NCBI GenBank assembly: GCA_032718475.1
Contig: JAUCBJ010001352.1
Span: 10,228 to 74,227 of the forward strand
DNA from: Nemertoderma westbladi
Taxonomy: Eukaryota; Animalia; Xenacoelomorpha
Direction of reading: 5' to 3'
DNA length: 64,000 nt
The position numbers and the translations under genes were made by a program. Each line of letters opens with the position of its first letter. The first letter of the stretch is position 1. A model generated the notes under the pieces. That model was not told the DNA's origin. It saw only the letters and a program-made list of their open reading frames with translations, and did no database searches. Below are positions 63,030-64,000 of the stretch, piece by piece.

Positions 63030-64000
63030 TATTTTGTGTCTGCTCAACTCTTCTCAACTCAACTCTATTACATCGCGGCTCATAGTATCTACAAGATCGA
63101 TCTCCCCAATATGGTCAATATATCTTTCAATTATCGCTACTTTATGTACTTTCTTATATAGTTATATTTCCTCTGTCCCCACGATTGTTTGGACATAAGC
63201 CAAAACAAAGACGGAAAATGTTGTCCGTAAAACAGGACTAAATCTCAGTAAAACACGTCGATTATTATATTCCAGTTATTATTCTATTCATGTTGATACT
63301 GTAGTATGTAGTTCATATCTTGTACTATATAATACTATATAATATACCATAAATTTCATAGTTTTAATTTTTATAAATAGAGTGCAGAAGTTGGTTAATT
63401 TTGGCGCTCAATATATTATAGTTTATATTATTATAGTGTTTGTGTTTGTTTATTCTGATGAAAAAAACGTTGGTTTATTTTGCTCACCGTAAGCATCAAT
63501 GCATGATAGGGATTCCTACACATATTATATTTTATTTATAAGTAATAATTTCATCATTATTCTAAACTATTTTTATTAGTAACTTTTTAGTTTAATTTCG
63601 CTGAGCCAGTATGTGTATGCCCTGACGTGTGATGATCCCACGTTCCGAGAGGTGACTGGACTTCGATTATAAATAGTAGCTTTCGTTTTAATCTGCATTT
63701 TATTCGTATTGAGGGTGAGAATGGAAATGAACACAGGGAGGTGGGTTAGGGTGGGTTATACTAACACGCGGGGTGGAGTCGACCTTTGCCATACAGTTTA
63801 GTACATTGTGCAACTGTTTGGAGCTATATCTATTCAATGGCTTAATGAAATTTGGTATAAAGTATTATTTTAACTTTGAATTTATTGTATTCTAAATAAA
63901 TATAAAAAATAATAATTCAATAAACATTAAAACAATTAATCAGTGAGGCTCCATCGTATTGCGATTAGGAATCATCATCAATCAGAGATCCCGCCCTTCG

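Noticed and set aside
63740-63760. Telomeric TTAGGG repeat
   Set aside because: Only a single copy is present.

Overview
AT-rich, repeat-dense genomic DNA from an invertebrate animal, probably a bilaterian: it has spliceosomal introns, a POU class 2 gene and many CTCF-like motifs. Host genes: (1) a divergent POU2-class transcription factor with an intronless CDS (32836-34137, -); (2) a KDM4/JMJD2 histone demethylase with an intronless CDS and no intact PHD/Tudor readers (38094-41228, -); (3) a spliced gene the ORF track misses, with a first exon and three micro-exons at 27011-21400, a large exon at 11510-10669 and a paralogous repeat-expanded exon at 4990-3740; (4) a 3-exon OB-fold (SSB/RPA-like) gene (61473-63029, +). 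The rest is mobile DNA: decayed RTE, CR1 and L2 LINEs, a BEL/Pao fragment, Tc1/mariner, MULE, hAT and Harbinger-type non-autonomous elements, a tRNA-derived repeat and several minisatellites. The most notable structures are two unrelated rolling-circle transposon concatemers built from nucleosome-sized units. In the Helitron array at 52.4-59.9 kb each 146-bp unit carries one CTCF-consensus site. In the Helentron/HINE array at 12.0-16.3 kb each ~150-bp unit carries one RFX X-box. A 27-bp satellite appears to have grown in frame from transposase coding sequence. All calls were made by eye and no searches were run.
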